64,000 nt of DNA from Octopus vulgaris (Eukaryota), in contig OX597815.1 of assembly GCA_951406725.2 (NCBI GenBank), forward strand, positions 152,272,001-152,336,000. Direction: 5' to 3'. The translations under genes and the position numbers were made by a program. The notes beneath the pieces were generated by a model. The model saw only the letters and a list, made by a program, of their open reading frames with translations. It was not told where the DNA came from and ran no database searches. Below, one piece after another: positions 24,386 to 37,063 of this stretch (position 1 is its first letter; each line of letters starts with the position of its first letter).

Positions 24386-25966
24386 CTGAAATATTTCCAA
24401 GATTTACACTTTATAGTTAAATTTCTATATCTCTATTGTAATTTATATTTTATTTTTGTGAGATATTCCTATCATTAATGGTCGAATGGAGACCACTATG
24501 ATTTCAGTCAACATTTTTATACTTTCTACAGTGGTACCATGTAATAACTTCATATTTAGGTCCACAACAGAGCAAACTAGCCTTCCTAAATCTCCTCTCT
24601 ATAATAAGACATCCTACTTAATCTAACAATGTTGCAATCATCACATTTATTTACCACTTGCTAAGGATTATTATCACTTAGTTTTGTCTTTCATTAATTA
24701 TATTTCTGCCATATCTATGATATGCCGTTGTCCTCTCATGTTTATATTTTACTAAGCAATATTCTTCTCATCATCTGCCTAATTCTAATGTCAACTAGGG
24801 GTTGGCCATCTAAGATCTAGCTACACACACATGATGCACCACATCTGTTAGGATCATCATACACCAGCTCTCTCTCTCTCTCTTTCTTTCTTTCTCTGTT
24901 TCTCTGTCTCTCTCTCTCTCTTTCTCTCTCTCTCTGTTAAAGGTTGCCACTGGTAATCTTTAATTTTAACTACCTACATTACAGTTCACCAGAATGTCAT
25001 CTGATTCTTGAAATATTTGAAAACATTTACTTGTCATTCATCCTTCTTAATAAAGCAGTTTCTTTTCAGGTGAGCAATGATTAGTTCTACACAGGTGAAA
25101 TGGACAGTGGTAATGTGCCCTAAAACACTGTGCATTTGCACTCAACATCATGAACTATATATAACCAATCATCCATTTCTTGCAAGAAAAGTATCTGGAA
25201 TGGTAGAAAAGAACTGATTCTCAAGAATATAGTTTACCTCTATTTAAATCTTCTATTAAATACATCGAATAAAGTTACTTTTCTCTTTGATATCTCCTTT
25301 ATCCATGTGGTTGACATTGATAGGGTTGAAAGCGAGTAACCAGTAAATTTGAGGACTTGGAACTTACACCTGTGTAGCAGGGTCTGACTGACAGAAACTG
25401 TCCTGTCATGATTTTGTTAATATAAGAACAGCATATACAAGGAATATCTAATCCCATTCATGTTACCACTGTTATACTACATTTGACACTGATGTTAATT
25501 AAAACCAACTGATTACAAAAGGTCACAGTAATGCTTTATAAAATATACCTAAATAATATCATACTTTTACAGAAATGTTTCACATTTTGTTTCAGGACAC
25601 AATAACATCTGGACATTATTGGACTATTGAAGTCAATAATCCCAGTTCGTAGTGGAGTGGTTCTGTGCCTAAGAAAAACTGTAGAATAACTTACACAGAT
25701 GGTAATAAGGTTTAAATCTGTTGGGTGAGGGTAAAAGATGATGCTATGACAAAATAAGGCTAAATTTCAGACATACAAATGTAAATCAATTAATGAATAA
25801 TATCTCATTCATTACCATGTTAACAGGTTGTATATGCAATACAAAAGGACAACATCTGACATTACATACTAGATATCAATATAAATTATATATAATCTGA
25901 CTAAAAAATAAGTGACTTTCATTACAGTGAATATGATTATGTCTCAGCACAGATCTATATTGTAGA

Positions 25967-25971
<5 letters not shown>

Positions 25972-26040
<69 letters not shown>
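25972..26040. repeat. (CAT)n microsatellite (tail of a minus-strand RTE 3' fragment)
   Basis: About 23 CAT units adjoining RTE tail sequence. Confidence 0.95.
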
Positions 26041-26581
26041 TAACATTGCCATTTCATATCCGCTTTCCATGCTGAATTCTGACTTCGGGCTGGCAAGGCA
26101 GAAGGCTGCACCAGGCTCCAATCTGATCTGATATGTATGTTTATATATGTAAACATACATATACATGCATACATATAATATGCATATATATACATATACA
26201 TATGTAAATATATCACAGTGAAAGTATTAACTCACATTACAATAGCGATTTTATTGTTTCACTTTTGACAAGTAATAACTAAACAGGGTAAGAGATAAGA
26301 GATTGCTCCAGAATCACATTAGGCAAGAAGTTGAAAATTTCTTCGACCCATGACAGTGCATGGACCGTAACTAAGGCATGTGTGAAATATGAATGACATC
26401 AGTTGGCTAGATCTCGGGTTTTAGTGTTGCATACATATAGACAGATAGACACGCATTTACACCCACAGATACATGCAATCTAAGTTACATATATATATAT
26501 ATATAAATACATATACTTAATCCAAACATGAAAGTACAAAAAAACACAACAACATGAGGATGTGGAACAAATATAGTATTA

Positions 26582-28618
26582 TTGGCTTTTAGAGAAAAGA
26601 GACAGGCTTGGAAGGTCTGGAAAAATGGGGGTAGCAGGGAATTGTATCAGACTGCCAAAAGAGAAGCTAGGAGACAGGTTTATTTAGCCAGAGGGGAAGC
26701 AGATAAGAAAAAATTTGCCAATGTTCTGCGCCATGAGGACCAAAGACTGGAGGTGTTTCGTGTTGCAAGACAGTGTGTGAGAGAGAATCGTGATGTGGTA
26801 GGAGAGAAGTGTGTTCGCATGGAAGATGGTTCACTTGCGCTAAATGAGGATGCAAAGAGAGAGGTTTGGAGATGCCACTATGAAAGGTTGCTGAATGAAG
26901 AAAATGAATGGGATAAAGAGAGTCTGCCGAATGTTGACCCAACAGAGGGACCAGCTATCCGAGTTGATAGTTCCGTGGTAGCTAAGGCAATTAGAAGCAT
27001 GAAGACAGGGAAAGCCCCAGGCCCATCAGGAATCACTGCAGAGATGCTCAAAATGTCTGGTAGTGTCGGCTATAGCCTAGTCACCCATATAGTTAATCAG
27101 GTGATACACAAAGGGGTCATACCCAATGACTGGTGTAGCAGTATAATAGTCAACGGCTACAAAGGTAAAGGTGATGCCCTAGATACAAATAACTACAGAG
27201 GTATCAAGCTGTTGGACCAGGTGATGAAGGTTACGGAGAGGGTCATAGCCCAACTAATTAGAGAGAGAGTTAGTTTAGATGAGATGCAGTTTGGGTTTGT
27301 GCCAGGGAAAAGTACTACTGATGCTATATTCCTGGTAAGGCAGCTGCAGGAGAAATACCTAGCCAAAGATAAGCCCCTGTACCTGGCTTTTGTTGACATG
27401 GAGAAAGCCTTCGACAGGGTCCCTCGATCCCTTATCTGGTGGGCAATGAGGAAACTAGGGATAGATGAATGGTTAGTGAGAGCTGTGCGGGCCATGTATA
27501 GGGACGCCGCTAGTAGGGTGAGGGTTGGAAATGAGTACAGTGAAGAATTCCGGGTAGAGGTAGGGGTTCACCAAGGCTCAGTACTCAGCCCCCTCCTATT
27601 TATCATAGTCCTCCAAGCAATAACGGAGGAATTCAAGACAGGATGCCCTTGGGAGCTCCTCTATGCTGATGACCTTGCTCTAATTGCTGAGTCGCTATCA
27701 GAACTGGAGAAGAAGTTTCAGGTGTGGAAACAAGGATTAGAATCGAAGGGCCTCAGAGTCAATCTAGCTAAAACCAAAGTCCTAATCAGTAGGAAGGTAG
27801 ACAAATCACAAACACCTTCAGGTAGATGGCCCTGCTCGATCTGTAGAAAAGGTGTAGGTAGAAACTCTATAAGGTGCACCAAGTGTAAGCTATGGACACA
27901 TAAGAGGTGCAGCAATGTCAAAGGAAGGCTAACTAGGAAGATGGTTTTTGTATGTGGCAGATGCTCAGGAACAATAAACACTGAAAATGCTCTGAGACCA
28001 ACTTCCGTCACTTTCCAGGGAGAAAAACTAGAAATAGTTGATAGTTTCCGTTACCTAGGTGACCAAGTCAGCAGCGGGGGCGGGTGTGCTGAAAGTGTAA
28101 CTGCTAGAGTAAGAATAGCTTGGGCAAAGTTCAGAGAGCTCTTACCTCTGCTGGTGACAAAAGGCTTCTCGCACAGAGTGAAAGGCAGACTGTATGATGC
28201 ATGTGTACGAACAGCCATGCTACATGGCAGTGAAACATGGGCCGTGACTGCTGAGGATATGCGTAAACTCACTAGAAATGAAGCCAGTATGCTCCGATGG
28301 ATGTGTAATGCCGGTACTCACACTCGGCAGAGTGTAAGTACCTTGAGAGAAAAGCTGGACCTAAGAAGCATCAGTGGTGGTGTGCAAGAGAGACGTTTGC
28401 GCTGGTATGGTCATGTGGCGAGAATGGATGAAGATAGTTGTGTGAAAAAGTGCCACACCCTAGCGGTTGAGGGAACCTGTGGAAGAGGCAGACCCAGGAA
28501 AACCTGGGACGAGGTGGTGAAGCACGACCTTCGAACTTTAGGTCTCACTGAGGAAATGACTAGAGACCGAGACCTCTGGAAGTGTGCTGTGCGCGAGAAG
28601 ACCCGGCAGGACAAGTGA
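26582..28618 (+). CDS. RTE reverse transcriptase (5'-truncated, 678-codon open frame) with embedded C4HC3 zinc finger
   Basis: KAPGPSG, NYRGIKLL, QFGF, FVDMEKAFDRV, GVHQGSVLSP, YADD, FRYLG, RLRWYGHV, GRPRKTW. The track start codon is an artefact of the 5' junction. Confidence 0.9.
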   Translation: MAFREKRQAWKVWKNGGSRELYQTAKREARRQVYLARGEADKKKFANVLRHEDQRLEVFRVARQCVRENRDVVGEKCVRMEDGSLALNEDAKREVWRCHYERLLNEENEWDKESLPNVDPTEGPAIRVDSSVVAKAIRSMKTGKAPGPSGITAEMLKMSGSVGYSLVTHIVNQVIHKGVIPNDWCSSIIVNGYKGKGDALDTNNYRGIKLLDQVMKVTERVIAQLIRERVSLDEMQFGFVPGKSTTDAIFLVRQLQEKYLAKDKPLYLAFVDMEKAFDRVPRSLIWWAMRKLGIDEWLVRAVRAMYRDAASRVRVGNEYSEEFRVEVGVHQGSVLSPLLFIIVLQAITEEFKTGCPWELLYADDLALIAESLSELEKKFQVWKQGLESKGLRVNLAKTKVLISRKVDKSQTPSGRWPCSICRKGVGRNSIRCTKCKLWTHKRCSNVKGRLTRKMVFVCGRCSGTINTENALRPTSVTFQGEKLEIVDSFRYLGDQVSSGGGCAESVTARVRIAWAKFRELLPLLVTKGFSHRVKGRLYDACVRTAMLHGSETWAVTAEDMRKLTRNEASMLRWMCNAGTHTRQSVSTLREKLDLRSISGGVQERRLRWYGHVARMDEDSCVKKCHTLAVEGTCGRGRPRKTWDEVVKHDLRTLGLTEEMTRDRDLWKCAVREKTRQDK

Positions 28619-29113
28619 GTCCATAACCCGTGGCCTTCTACATGGGATGGAGCCAGCCTACGTATGCATACCTTCCCTTCTTGGGACACAAAACTCTACT
28701 TGTGAAGACGTGTTGAGGCAAGTGAGGATCAGAATCGAAATTGATCAATGGAAATTGCGGATGTGCTACCAGTGCCGGTGGCATGTAAGAGAACTTTCCG
28801 TTTCACGACCGTTGCCTGCACCGCCCCGTTTCGTTGTCCGTTGCCAGCCTCGCCTGGCCCTCGTGCCGGTGGCACATAAAAAGCACCATCCGTTCGTGGC
28901 CGTTTGCCAGCTCTGTCTGGCACCAGTGCGGGTGGCACGTAAAAAGCACCCACTACACTCACGGAGTGGTTGGCGTTAGGAAGGGCATCCAGCCGTAGAA
29001 ACACTGCCAGATTTGACTGGGCCTGATGAAGCCTTCTGGCTTCACAGACCCCAGTAGAACCGTCCAACCCATGCTAGCATGGAAAGCGGACGCTAAATGA
29101 TGATGATGATGAT
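26586..29113 (+). mobile_element. Young 5'-truncated RTE-clade LINE
   Basis: Open RT-containing frame, 3' UTR with repeated GTGCCGGTGGCAC hairpin motif, and (GAT)n tail. The endonuclease is absent. Confidence 0.93.
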
Positions 29114-30588
29114 GGAAGCTCAGGAAAGAAGGAAAGAAGTAGGGAGCTCTTCCTCGGAAACATAGGAGAAGGAAAGATCCAGAGAAGAGAAAATAGAGGA
29201 AAAAAAATCGCCAATGGTACACAAGCAGTGACATTTTGAATATATATATATATATGTGTGTAGACTATAATAAATATTTTAACCTGAGACATTCTGGAAA
29301 GATACTTCGGCGAGAGATGATATCTCATATCAAACATCAGACTACCATAAAAAAACTTACATCTTCATATGATGATAAATCAAGAAGAACTTCTGGAGAA
29401 CAATTTTAAATAGTGATGATGATGACAATCTTATTAGTGTCTGTGTTACAATAAAACATATGCAATATCCTTTATAAAATGGTTGGCGTTAAGAAGGGTA
29501 TCTTGTTAAAAAAAATCCAGAATATTTAAGTGAGATGCATGTGTACCTCAAGCAGTCAAAATGGATGTTAACTCTGAATAAGAACTGACTTGGACATTGA
29601 TGACCCAGCTAATTGATGGGAGCATGGAAGTAGATGATGAATAATAATAACACTACGATTTATTATTTTGCTTCTTGCAGCCTGTATCTAATCTTGAAGA
29701 CAGAAAACGTATTCTTACCTTAGTAGCAAATGAAACTTTGATACTAAAATATATTTAATGTATTTAACAATTTAAACGAAGTGAAAAAGGGCAGGCTGTT
29801 CACACTCGGGACACTGTTTATCATAAGTCTGCTAGATTACGACAGATATCTGGCTAAAGAATAACAACACTAATAACCTATCAGTAAACCTAGTAAAGAT
29901 GTAAAACAAACAAAAATAATGTCATTAACTCACCTGCAAAACAAAGCAGAAATATTGTCATTAACTCACCTGTTTATACCAACATAATAATATATTTCCC
30001 TGTTTTGGTCCAATATTAACTCTATTGTATTCTAATTTATCCATTTCACCAACTGTGCTAAACTCAGTAGATACTTTATGAGATTTCAGTAATATTGGCT
30101 TCAAATTTTGGCACAAAACCAGCAATTAAAGGCCAGTGGGTAAGTAATTTTCATCGACCTCACATACATAAATGCACATAAAGATACACATTTGTACGTG
30201 CTTTTTGACATACACACACAATCACACACACACACACACACACCACACATACACACACACCACACATACACACACACACACACACACTTTTCTATACCTG
30301 TAATTATTGGGGCACTGGAATATGTAACACACATAACACAGCATAAATACCAATCTTGAGAAATTGGACTTCTCCAAACCAGAAAGGAGAAAACTTATTC
30401 AAAAACTACAGATCCACTGGAACTGTAAAAATCTCTAAAACTTTCCAGAGGTTTATCATTTAAATTTATATGAGCATGTCTAGATATGTGACTAATATAT
30501 ATGAGAATGCATACATAAAACAAAACAAACAAATCTGCATGTATACATACATACATACATACATACATACATACATACATACATACAT

Positions 30589-30621
<33 letters not shown>

Positions 30622-30989
30622 GAAACACACACTCACACACATATATATGTATGCTGGTGCAAACAGGAAAAATAGATCTCAAAGTATGAGTATTTGCATA
30701 TTTTACACCTGCCCAGACACACATGTACATACACACACGCATGCACACACAAACACACGCACACACATATAGAGTAGAGATGGTATTTATGATGGTGTCT
30801 TTCGTTTAATATCCGATTTCCATTCTGGCATTGACTGGACGGTCTAACAGAGGACTGGCAAGCCAGAAGGCTGCACCAGGCTCTAATCGGGTCTGATATA
30901 TATGCATATACATGTAAACATACATATACATGCATACATATATGTGCATATATATATACAGACATATACATACATAAATATATCACAGT

Positions 30990-31256
30990 GAAAGTATTAA
31001 CTCACATTACAATAGTGATTTTATTGTTTCACGTTTGACAAGTATTACTGAAATAGTGTAAGAGATAAGAGATTGCTCCAGGATCACATTAGGCAAGAAG
31101 ATGAAAATTGTTTTGGCCCATGACACTGCATGAACCTTAAGTAAGGCCTGTGTGAAATTTGAATGAAATCCTTTGGGTAGTTCTAAAATTTTAGAGATGC
31201 ACACATACAGACAGACTCACATTTACACGCACACATACATGCTTTCTCAGTTACAT
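30990..31256 (-). mobile_element. Old 5' remnant of the Helitron-A family, present in the duplicated units (also ~26220-26490, ~36140-36410)
   Basis: Reverse complement aligns with 31258-31490 (TTCAACTTCTTGCCTA, CACTATTTCAGTATTAC). Confidence 0.6.
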
Positions 31257-31257
31257 A

Positions 31258-32603
31258 TCTCTATATGTATAAAACTGAGAATGTATGTCTGTCTGTGTGT
31301 TTCCCTAAAACTTGAGAACTACACAACCAATTTCATTCAAATTTTACAAATGCTTTATTTAGGGTCCGGGGAGTGTCATCGGCCAAAAAATAAACGTTCA
31401 ACTTCTTGCCTAGGGCGAGCCCATAGCAATATCATATCTTCTCCACTATTTCAGTATTACGTGTTAAAAGTGAAACAAATACATTTCTCTATTTTATGTC
31501 AGATACTTTCACTGTAACAATAAAAATTAGAGATAATAATAACAATTGAATTATATGTAGTAAGTAATAATTAAAATCAAACTAAAGTATAATATAATCG
31601 TAACATAACAAAAGTAAAAACAGCAATTGGTATAAAATTGCATCAATGACTTGAACTTGAATAAGTGGTTTCACATGAATGGGAATAAATTAAATTAAAT
31701 CAACCGTGTACTGCTTTTGATTCACAGTAAGATTTGTTGTTTTTATTATAACTGTTTAACTATTGTTATCACGTTTGTTGGTTCCTCGTAAGGGAAACGT
31801 TGTTGTGTTGCATTTGTTAAATAATTGTAAACTGTAACCCTCCCCCTTTTGGGAGAAGGAGCTTTGGTTATTGTTTAAAAATTGAATTGTGTCCCTGGTT
31901 GGGGAAATTGACAATATTTTCACCATTTATATGGAAGCATTTTTGTTAGAATGCCTTCGATAGAAGAAAGTCCAAAAATGAATTTCGCTGCAACCATCGG
32001 TGGGCGTGAACTCATTAAAATTAAAATGGAAGAAATACAAACCTATTTCAGATTGATCACCGATAAAGAGGGTGAATCTCGGATACCACCACCAAATGAA
32101 ATAAAAAATTAAATTAAAGAAAAGACTATTGTCTATAAAGTATACAATGTAGAGAAAAAAAAAAGATTTGAACACCTGGAGGAAAGCACCTTCGAAAAGT
32201 GTCTTCGTGCGACTATGAAAGATATCTAACCAGAAGCAGTAAATTCTCCACAATAGAAGCAAGGTTCGAGTCAATGGAGCGTGCAAGGGAGTACTTGACT
32301 CGAACCTTGCAAAGTGGAAATATACGTCCAGGATAAAAAATTAAAAATGGATTGTAGCCACACTTCTATACAAAAAGGAGGACAAGATACAATTGATCAA
32401 AATTGCAAGAGATGGGCCTACAATTCAAGTCTGTTATATATTTTGAGTATTGTTATCACTAGCGATACCAAGATATAACTTTGTATTTTGTATTTTATGT
32501 GTAGATGTATATATATAGATGTACATGTAATATGTACACATATATATACACATATATACATGCACTAGCACTATGATCCAGCAAGGACGGGTCATAATGC
32601 TAG
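31258..32603 (+). mobile_element. Non-autonomous Helitron (family A)
   Basis: Inserted between A and T. Starts TC followed by TATA..AAA and a (TGTC)-rich tract. Ends with imperfect hairpin GATCCAGCAAGGACGGGTC, ~6 nt spacer and CTAG. No TSD. Confidence 0.75.
31951..32330 (+). pseudogene. Fragment of a divergent Tx1-like ORF1 inside the Helitron
   Basis: KTIVYKVYNVEKKK and TRSSKFSTIEARFESMERAR align with KTITYRVFDRKLKR and TKGKRFGTVEVRFPTEEQAR of the ORF1 at 4328-6148. Contains stops and frameshifts. Confidence 0.65.
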
Positions 32604-32643
<40 letters not shown>

Positions 32644-33922
32644 GACTATCATACATATTCTCACCTGAGACATTCTGGGAAGATACATCGGCAGGAGATG
32701 ATATCTCATATCAAACATCAGACTACTGTAAAAATCTGACATCTTCATAAGATGATAAATCAAGAATTTCTGGAGAATGATTTTGTAAACAAATGAAATT
32801 ATCTTTAACAATATTTACCACTTAAAAACATTTGCAGTTGAGATTTGTTATTGAATCTCCTACATTAGAAAGCTGAAAATGATGTTCTTATAAGTACTTT
32901 TGACTTTAATTTTCAGTTTCCCAAGATGTTAATACATCATTAATCATCTCTGTTGGTTCACAACTTACAGTCACTCAGTGTTGTCATTCTCCACCTCTCT
33001 TTCAAATCACCATTCTTATCCTCATTTTCTCACAACTTTCACTCCCTGCATCCTCATTATTCTTCTGTCATCACTCCCAATGTGTCCCCTTGAATGAAAA
33101 AACAACATCATAAGAGCAGTAAGAACTGTCTAATTTTATGGGACACAAGAAAAACTGACCAATGCTAGTGCTCAAGGGAAAACTTATAGAAATCAATTTG
33201 GTACTTCATGATGAATGATAATGACACTAACATTTATTATTTTGTATTATTATTTTGCATCTTGCAGCCTGTATCTAATTTTGAAGACAGAAAGAGAATG
33301 CTTACCTTAGGAGCAAACCAAAGTTTGATACTTTGATATTAAGATATGTTTAATGTATTTACAGATTCACAATAAGTGAAAAAAGACAGGAGGGTCACAC
33401 TTGGGACAGTTTTTATCACAAGTCTGCCAGATTACGAAAGATATGTGGCTACAGAACAACAACAATAATAACCTATCAGTAAACCGAGTAAAGATTTAAA
33501 AGAAACAAAAAAATATTGTCATTAACTCACCTGTAAAACGAAGCAGAAATATTACTATTAACTTACCTGTTTACACCAACTTAATAAGATATTTCCCTTT
33601 TTAGTTCAATAGCTGTAGAAACACTGCCAGATCAGACTGGAGCCTGGAGCAGCCCCTGGCTCCCCAGACCCCGGTCAAACCGTCCAACCCGTGCTAGCGC
33701 GGAAAACGGACATTAAACGATGATGATTAACTCCATTGTATTCTAAGTTATCCATATTACCAACTGTACTAACCTTTGTAGATACTTTATGAGATTTCAG
33801 TAATATTGGCTTTGAATTTTGGCACAAAACCAGCAATTTCAGGCCACTGGGTAAGTTGTTTTCATCCACCTCATAGAAATATATGCTCATAGAGATACAC
33901 GTTTGTACCTGCTTATAGACAA

Positions 33923-33976
<54 letters not shown>

Positions 33977-36900
33977 ACACACATACACACACACATTCAC
34001 ATACACACACACACATACATACACACATGTTTATACCTGTAACTATTGGGGTACTGGGATATGTAACACACTGCATAAATATCAATCTTGAGAAATTGGG
34101 CTTCTCAAAACCAGAAAGGAGAAAACTGATTCAAAATCTATAGATCTTCTGTGACTGTTTAAATCTGTAAAACTTTCCAGAAGTTTATTGTTTAAATTTA
34201 TATGAGCATGTCTAGATATGTGACTAATATGTTTGAGATTACATACATAAAACAACACATACAAATCTGCATGTATACATACATACATACATAGATACAC
34301 ACATTCACACACACACACACACACAAACAAACACACACACACACACACACACAAACATACACACACACACACGCACACACATATATATATATATATAGGT
34401 ACGTTGGTGCAAACAGGAAAGATAGAACTCAAAGTATGAGTACATGTATATTTTATCCTCACCCCCCCCACATACGCACATGCACACATACACGCACACA
34501 CACATTCATGCACACACATTAGAGTTGGTATTTATGATGGTGTCTGTCGTCTAATATCTGCTTTCCATGCTAGCATGGATTGCACGGTCTGACTGATGTC
34601 TGGCAAGTCAGAAGGCTGCAACAGGCTACAATCTGATCTGATATGTATGCATATATATGTAAACATACATATACATGCATACATATATATGCATATATAT
34701 ACATATACATACATAAATGTATCACAGTGAATGTATTAACTCACATTACAATAGCAATTTTCTTGTTTCACTTTTGACAAGTAATACTGAAATAGTGTAA
34801 GAGATAAGAGATTGCTCCAGGATCACATTAGGCAAGAAGTTGAAAATTAGTTTGAATAATGATACAGCAAGACAACCTGACTAGTGCTATCACTAAGAGA
34901 AAATGGCCACAGTACATACATGAAAGTGATTGGTGGATGAGAGGAGACAGCATAATTTTGAGTGGAACCTTCAATCTAATTGGTGACATTGGAGTTTGGT
35001 GCAGTGTCTCAGATTGGCAGCTCTGATGAAACTGTCTAACCCAGGCCAGCATGGACAATGGATGTTAAATGGTGATGATGATGACAATATTATTAGTGCC
35101 TGTGCTACAATAAAACATAACCAAGACCCTATATATAATGTTTGGTGTTAAGAAGGGTATCTTGTCATCTAAATTACAAAGAATTTAAGTGAGATGCGTT
35201 TGTACCTCAAGCAGTCAAAGTGTATGTTTACTCTGATGAAGAACTGACTTGGACATTGATGACCCATCTAATCGATTGGAGCATGAAAGTAGATAATCTT
35301 GAGGACTTGGAACTTACACCTGTGTAGCAGGGTGTGACTGACAGAAACTGTCTTGTGATGTTATTGTTAATATAAGAACAACATCTAAAGGAATATCTAA
35401 TCCCAATCTTGTTACCAACGTTATACTACATTTGTCACTGAAGTTAATTAAGACCAAATAGTTACAAAACATCACAGTAATGCTTTATATAATATATCTA
35501 AATAGTATCATAAATATACAGAAATGTTTCACATTTTGTTTTAGGACACAATAACATCTAGATTTTATTGGACTATAAAAGTCAATAATACCAGTTTGTA
35601 GAGAAGTGGTTGCGTGCCCAAGAAAAACACTAGAACTACTTACACAGACGGTAATAAGGTATAAATCTGTTGGGTGAGAGTAGAAGATGATGCTACGATA
35701 AAATCAGGTTAAATTTCAGACATACAAATGTAAATCAGTTAATGAATAATAACTGATTCATTACCATGTTAACAGGTTTTATATGTAATACAAAAAAACA
35801 CTGTCTGACATTGCAATACTATATATCTATATAAATTGTATATAATCTGACTAAAATATAAGTGACTTTCAATACAGTGAATATGATAATGTCTCCACAC
35901 AGATCTATATTGTAGAAGTTCCATCATCATCATCATCATCATCATCATTATCATCATCATCATCATCGTTGTTTAATATTCGCTTTCCATGCTGAGGTGT
36001 GACTGAGGGATGGCAAGCCTGAAGGCTACACCCAGCTCCAATTTGATCTGATATGTATGCATACATATGTAAACATATATATATTTGTATACATAATAAT
36101 GCATATATATACATATACATACATAGATATATAACAGTGAAAGTATTAACTCACATTACAATAGCGATTTTATTGTTTCACTTTTAACAAGTAATACTGA
36201 AATAGTGTAAGAGATAAGAGATTGCTCCAGGATCACATTAGGCAAGAAATTGAAAATTTATTTCGACCATGACACTGCATGGACCTTAAGTAAGACATGT
36301 GTGAAATTTGAATGAGATAATTTGGGTAGTTCTCGAGTTTTAGTGATGCACACATACATAGAGACAGACAGTTAAATATTTACGCGTACAGATATATGCA
36401 TTCATAATTATATCTGTATTTATATATATAGACTATCATACATATTCTCAGCTGAGATATTCTGGGAAATTACTCTGGCGAGAGATGATATCTCATATCG
36501 CACATCACACTACCTTAAAAATGTGACATCTTCATGAGATGATAAATCAAGAAGAACTTTGGAACCAAATGAAATTCTCTCTAACAAATTTTACCAGTTG
36601 AAAACATTTTCATTTGCGATTTGTTATTGAATCTCCTACATTAGAAAGCTGAAACTGAGGTCCTTATAAGTAATTTTGACTTTAATTATCAGATTCACAA
36701 GATGTTAATACATCATTAATCATCTCTGTTGGTTCACAACTGATGGTCATTCAGTCTTATCATTCTCCACCTCTCTTTCAAATCACCATTTGTATCCTCA
36801 TTTTGTAACAACTTTCACTCCCTGCATCCTCAGTATTCTTCTGTCAACACTTCTCAACGTGTCCCATTGATTGATAAAACAAATCATAAGAGCAGTAAGA

Positions 36901-36997
36901 ACTGTCAAATTTTATGGGATGCAAGAAAAACTGACCAATATTAGTGCTCAAAGGAAAACTTATAGAAATGAATTTGGTACTTCAGTTTTATACTCAC

Positions 36998-37063
36998 CAT
37001 TTGACGGTGATGTTCTTTGACGGGTTGTGCCCGGCTGTTTATTTCTAGGCGGCAATTCTATGA
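36998..37063 (-). CDS. Candidate 66-nt phase-1 exon IELPPRNKQPGTTRQRTSPSN
   Basis: GAATTTCAG acceptor and GTGAGT donor. GC-rich island in AT-rich flanks, length divisible by 3. Confidence 0.45.

Noticed and set aside
36153-36200. Apparent 42-nt minus-strand exon with TTTCAG/GTGAGT boundaries (also ~26240, ~31010, ~34745)
   Set aside because: Stops in all frames in this copy, and the sequence is homologous to Helitron-A internal sequence at ~31440-31490.
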